DNA of 64,000 nt from Anolis carolinensis. Lineage: Eukaryota. The DNA lies in contig NW_026943818.1 of the NCBI RefSeq assembly GCF_035594765.1, positions 18,360,229 through 18,424,228 of the forward strand, in the 5' to 3' direction. Under the pieces are notes generated by a model. That model was not told the DNA's origin and did not search any database. It saw only the letters and a program-made list of their open reading frames with translations. Of this stretch, positions 63,275 to 64,000 are shown piece by piece; position 1 is the first letter of the stretch, and each line of letters starts with the position of its first letter. The position numbers were made by a program, and so were the translations under genes.

Positions 63275-63374
63275 GGTCTACAACTCCCAGAAGTCTCAGC
63301 CAGTTTACCAACTATTAGAATTTCTGGGAGTTGAAGGCCAAAACATCTGGGGACCCACAGGTTGAGAACCACTG
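63275..63374. mobile_element. hAT MITE terminal fragment (CAGGTTGAGAACCACTG end)
   Basis: Reverse complement of the CAGTGGTTCTCAACCTG TIR type. Confidence 0.6.
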
Positions 63375-63384
63375 CTACTGTATA

Positions 63385-64000
63385 TAGAATCATACAATAA
63401 TAGAGTTGGAAGAGACCACGTGGGCCATCTAGTCCAACCCCCCGCTATGCAGGAAGCACACAATCAAAGCACCCTTAACAGATGGCCGTCCAGCCTCTGT
63501 TTAAAAGCTTTAGAGGGCTTCCACTGGACTCTGAGGCAGAGAGTTCCACTACTGAACAGCTTGTACGGTTAGGAAGTTTTTCCTAATGTTCAGGTAAGAT
63601 CTCTTCTCCTATCATTTGAATCCATTGCCCCTAGTCTGAATTTCAAGGGCAGCATAGAATCATAGAGTTGGAAGAGACCTCACAGGCCATCCAGTCCAAC
63701 CTCCTGCCAAGAAGCAGGAAAATGATATTCAAAGCAGCCCCAACAGATGGCCATCCAGCCTCTGCTTAAAAGCCTCCAAAGAAGGAGCCTCCACCACACT
63801 CCGAGGCAGAGAGTTCCACTGCTGAACAGCTCTCACAGTGAGGAAGTAGTTCCTAATGTTCAGGTGGAATCTCTTTTCTTGCAGTTTAAAGCCGTTGTAA
63901 TGCATCCTAGTCTCCAGGGCAGCAGAAAACAAGTCTGCTCCCTCTTCCTTAGGACACTCTTTCACACATTTATACATGGCTCATGTCTCTTCATAGGGAT
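63385..64000 (-). mobile_element. Two tandem CR1 3' fragments
   Basis: ORF 63729-63977 GFKLQEKRFHLNIR...RLDGHL; two reverse-oriented CR1 tails. Confidence 0.9.

Overview
Eukaryotic (squamate, most likely anole-lizard-type) genomic DNA, judged by Sauria SINE, Anolis-type SINE2, CR1, RTE, R4/Dong, Penelope, SPIN/hAT and mariner repeats. Spliced genes reconstructed from GT-AG junctions and recalled vertebrate proteins: 5' part of AKAP10 (minus, exons 1-4), a 3-exon TMEM211/LHFPL7-like tetraspan gene (plus, 211 aa), complete SPATA22 CDS (minus, 8 coding exons, 340 aa) and the last exon of SLC43A2 (minus). The standout is a pair of intact, intronless (retroposed) Na+/K+-ATPase alpha-subunit genes (28539-31568 and 45359-48391, both minus) inside a local segmental duplication. 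One copy is nested antisense in intron 2 of the TMEM211-like gene; the other sits just downstream of the meiotic gene SPATA22. Both carry many residues I recall as diagnostic of the sperm-specific alpha4 isoform (usually considered mammal-specific) and have RFX X-box-like promoter motifs. Copy A carries N122H (a known cardiac-glycoside-resistance substitution) plus other changes at conserved sites, while the central part of the two copies looks homogenised by gene conversion. All comparisons were done by eye and from memory of reference proteins; none were computed.
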